Assembly (NCBI GenBank): GCA_965363405.1
Contig: CBDTTR010000002.1
Span: 1-37,498 of the forward strand
DNA length: 37,498 bases
Origin: an uncultured bacterium
GTDB lineage: Bacteria; Desulfobacterota; WTBG01
Reading direction: 5' to 3'
In this document: piece by piece, positions 36,311 through 37,498 of the stretch
Position numbering within the stretch: position 1 is the stretch's first letter
Layout: each line of letters opens with the position of its first letter
Made by a program: the position numbers and the translations under genes
Notes under the pieces: model-generated
Databases searched by the model: none
Told to the model about the DNA's origin: nothing
The model's input: the letters and a program-made list of their open reading frames with translations, nothing else

Positions 36311-37498
36311 TTACATTGAATAAGAAGCAACGGGTTGATTTGTGATCTCTAATGGCTTTTCAGTCTTTCTTTCTTTTTCAATGATGCTTAAAAATGCTTG
36401 AACCACTCTCGGGTCAAACTGTTTCCCTTTTTCATCCTCGATAATCTCTAGAACTTTCTCTAACTTCATTCCAGCACGGTAGGGCCTGTCTGAGATGAGG
36501 GCATCAAAGACATCAGCTACTGCCAGGATGCGGGCACCTAAACTTATGTTTTCTCCTGCAAGATGGTCGGGGTATCCCTTTCCGTCAAAGCGCTCATGAT
36601 GATGCAGGACGAGACCAATGACATCTGTGTAGGCATTTATAGGTTCTAAGATGCGTGCTCCCTTTCGTGGATGTTCACATATTATCTGATATTCTTCATC
36701 GCTCAATTTTCCTGGTTTGTCCAGGATGCTGGCGGGTACTCCAATCTTGCCGATGTCGTGGAGCAATCCCCCTCGATGCAAGATTTCTATCTCTTCCGCT
36801 GGAAATCCTAATTCTTGAGCGATCTGTAGAGCGAGCTTAGTCACTCGCTCTGAATGCCCTGCAGTCCATGGAGATTTAGCATCAACTGCCCGTGCAAGAG
36901 CCGTCAGGGTACCCCAGTTAAGCTGGTTAAGTTCCTCAATGAGGTGTGAATTTGATAAAGCAACCGCCACCTGATCAGCTAGCTGGCGGGCCTGAATCAA
37001 ATCATCATCACTATATGCAGATAGATTTTGGAATCCCAGTGTAATCATTCCTGAGAGCTTCTCTTTTAGGAAGACTGGTAGAACCAGAAATGATTTAATC
37101 CCGTGACTTGCGATTGACCCGAGATAGTCTGGAAAACCATTAGCTGCATTAACTATTAATCGTTCCGGGTTGGCTGTAAGTCTTTGGACATCTTCAGGTG
37201 TAAGATTAGTGACTTCTGCACATTTCAAGAAATCCGTGTTATTATCCCCGATGTAGGTGCGACCTGTATTTGCAGCGTTAGAGTCTATGAGTGTAACACT
37301 GACAAAGTCACAGGTGAAAAGATCTTTTGCACTGATTAGTATTTTTTTGACAATCTCTTCGGTGTCTAACGAGGATAATATGGCCCGGTCAATCTCGGCA
37401 ACAGTAGTTAGGGTGTTGAACTGCTTGCCCAATGTTGTTGCCATTTCATTGAAGGAACCAGCCAGTTCTTCAAATTCATCTTTGCTGTTGATTGTTAC
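36311..37498 (-). CDS. HAMP-GAF-HD-GYP signalling protein (5' end outside window)
   Basis: The frame stays open beyond the track's ATG (37444) to the window edge. The upstream residues VTINSKDEFEELAGSFNEMA are a HAMP C-terminus. A GAF-like region follows, then HD-GYP motifs (HSERVTKLA, LLHDIGKIG, HHHERFDGKGYP). Confidence 0.85.
   Translation of the reverse strand, partial: VTINSKDEFEELAGSFNEMATTLGKQFNTLTTVAEIDRAILSSLDTEEIVKKILISAKDLFTCDFVSVTLIDSNAANTGRTYIGDNNTDFLKCAEVTNLTPEDVQRLTANPERLIVNAANGFPDYLGSIASHGIKSFLVLPVFLKEKLSGMITLGFQNLSAYSDDDLIQARQLADQVAVALSNSHLIEELNQLNWGTLTALARAVDAKSPWTAGHSERVTKLALQIAQELGFPAEEIEILHRGGLLHDIGKIGVPASILDKPGKLSDEEYQIICEHPRKGARILEPINAYTDVIGLVLHHHERFDGKGYPDHLAGENISLGARILAVADVFDALISDRPYRAGMKLEKVLEIIEDEKGKQFDPRVVQAFLSIIEKERKTEKPLEITNQPVASYSM

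Overview
This is a 37.5-kb, low-GC, gene-dense bacterial chromosomal segment. I count about 33 protein genes. By eye I find no rRNA, tRNA, CRISPR array, transposase or integrase. Most of it is core housekeeping: htrA (partial), pcm, ligA, tldD, rsmA, a HIT protein, a YfcE-like phosphoesterase, dnaE, guaA, guaB, a short Ppx/GppA, mog, a divergent EF-G paralog, trxB, radA, psd, an MscS channel, cysK, purM, recG, cobO, selD, an iron-sulfur flavoprotein and an ArfB-like GGQ protein. The non-core content falls into six groups. (1) selD is a selenoprotein. The ORF track truncates it at an in-frame TGA that aligns with the SelD active-site Cys/Sec, and a SECIS-like hairpin follows. (2) There is a wHTH-MNT/HEPN toxin-antitoxin pair. 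Its near-consensus promoter is overlapped by a perfect 18-bp palindrome. (3) There is c-di-GMP signalling: an excisionase-HTH::HD-GYP fusion with an 18-bp perfect palindrome upstream, plus a PilZ protein next to a HAMP-GAF-HD-GYP protein that runs off the window. (4) A 112-aa extremely Lys-rich orphan protein sits behind a consensus sigma70 promoter and a strong SD. (5) At least three families of short palindromic intergenic repeats (REP/MITE-like) generate spurious ORFs. (6) A 27-bp perfect inverted repeat lies between radA and psd. I do not see convincing evidence for a new multi-gene system, such as a defence island or an unknown operon of uncharacterised proteins. The observations listed are the best leads, and most are extensions of known biology. 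All functional calls rest on motifs I recognise in the translated ORFs; no database search was possible.
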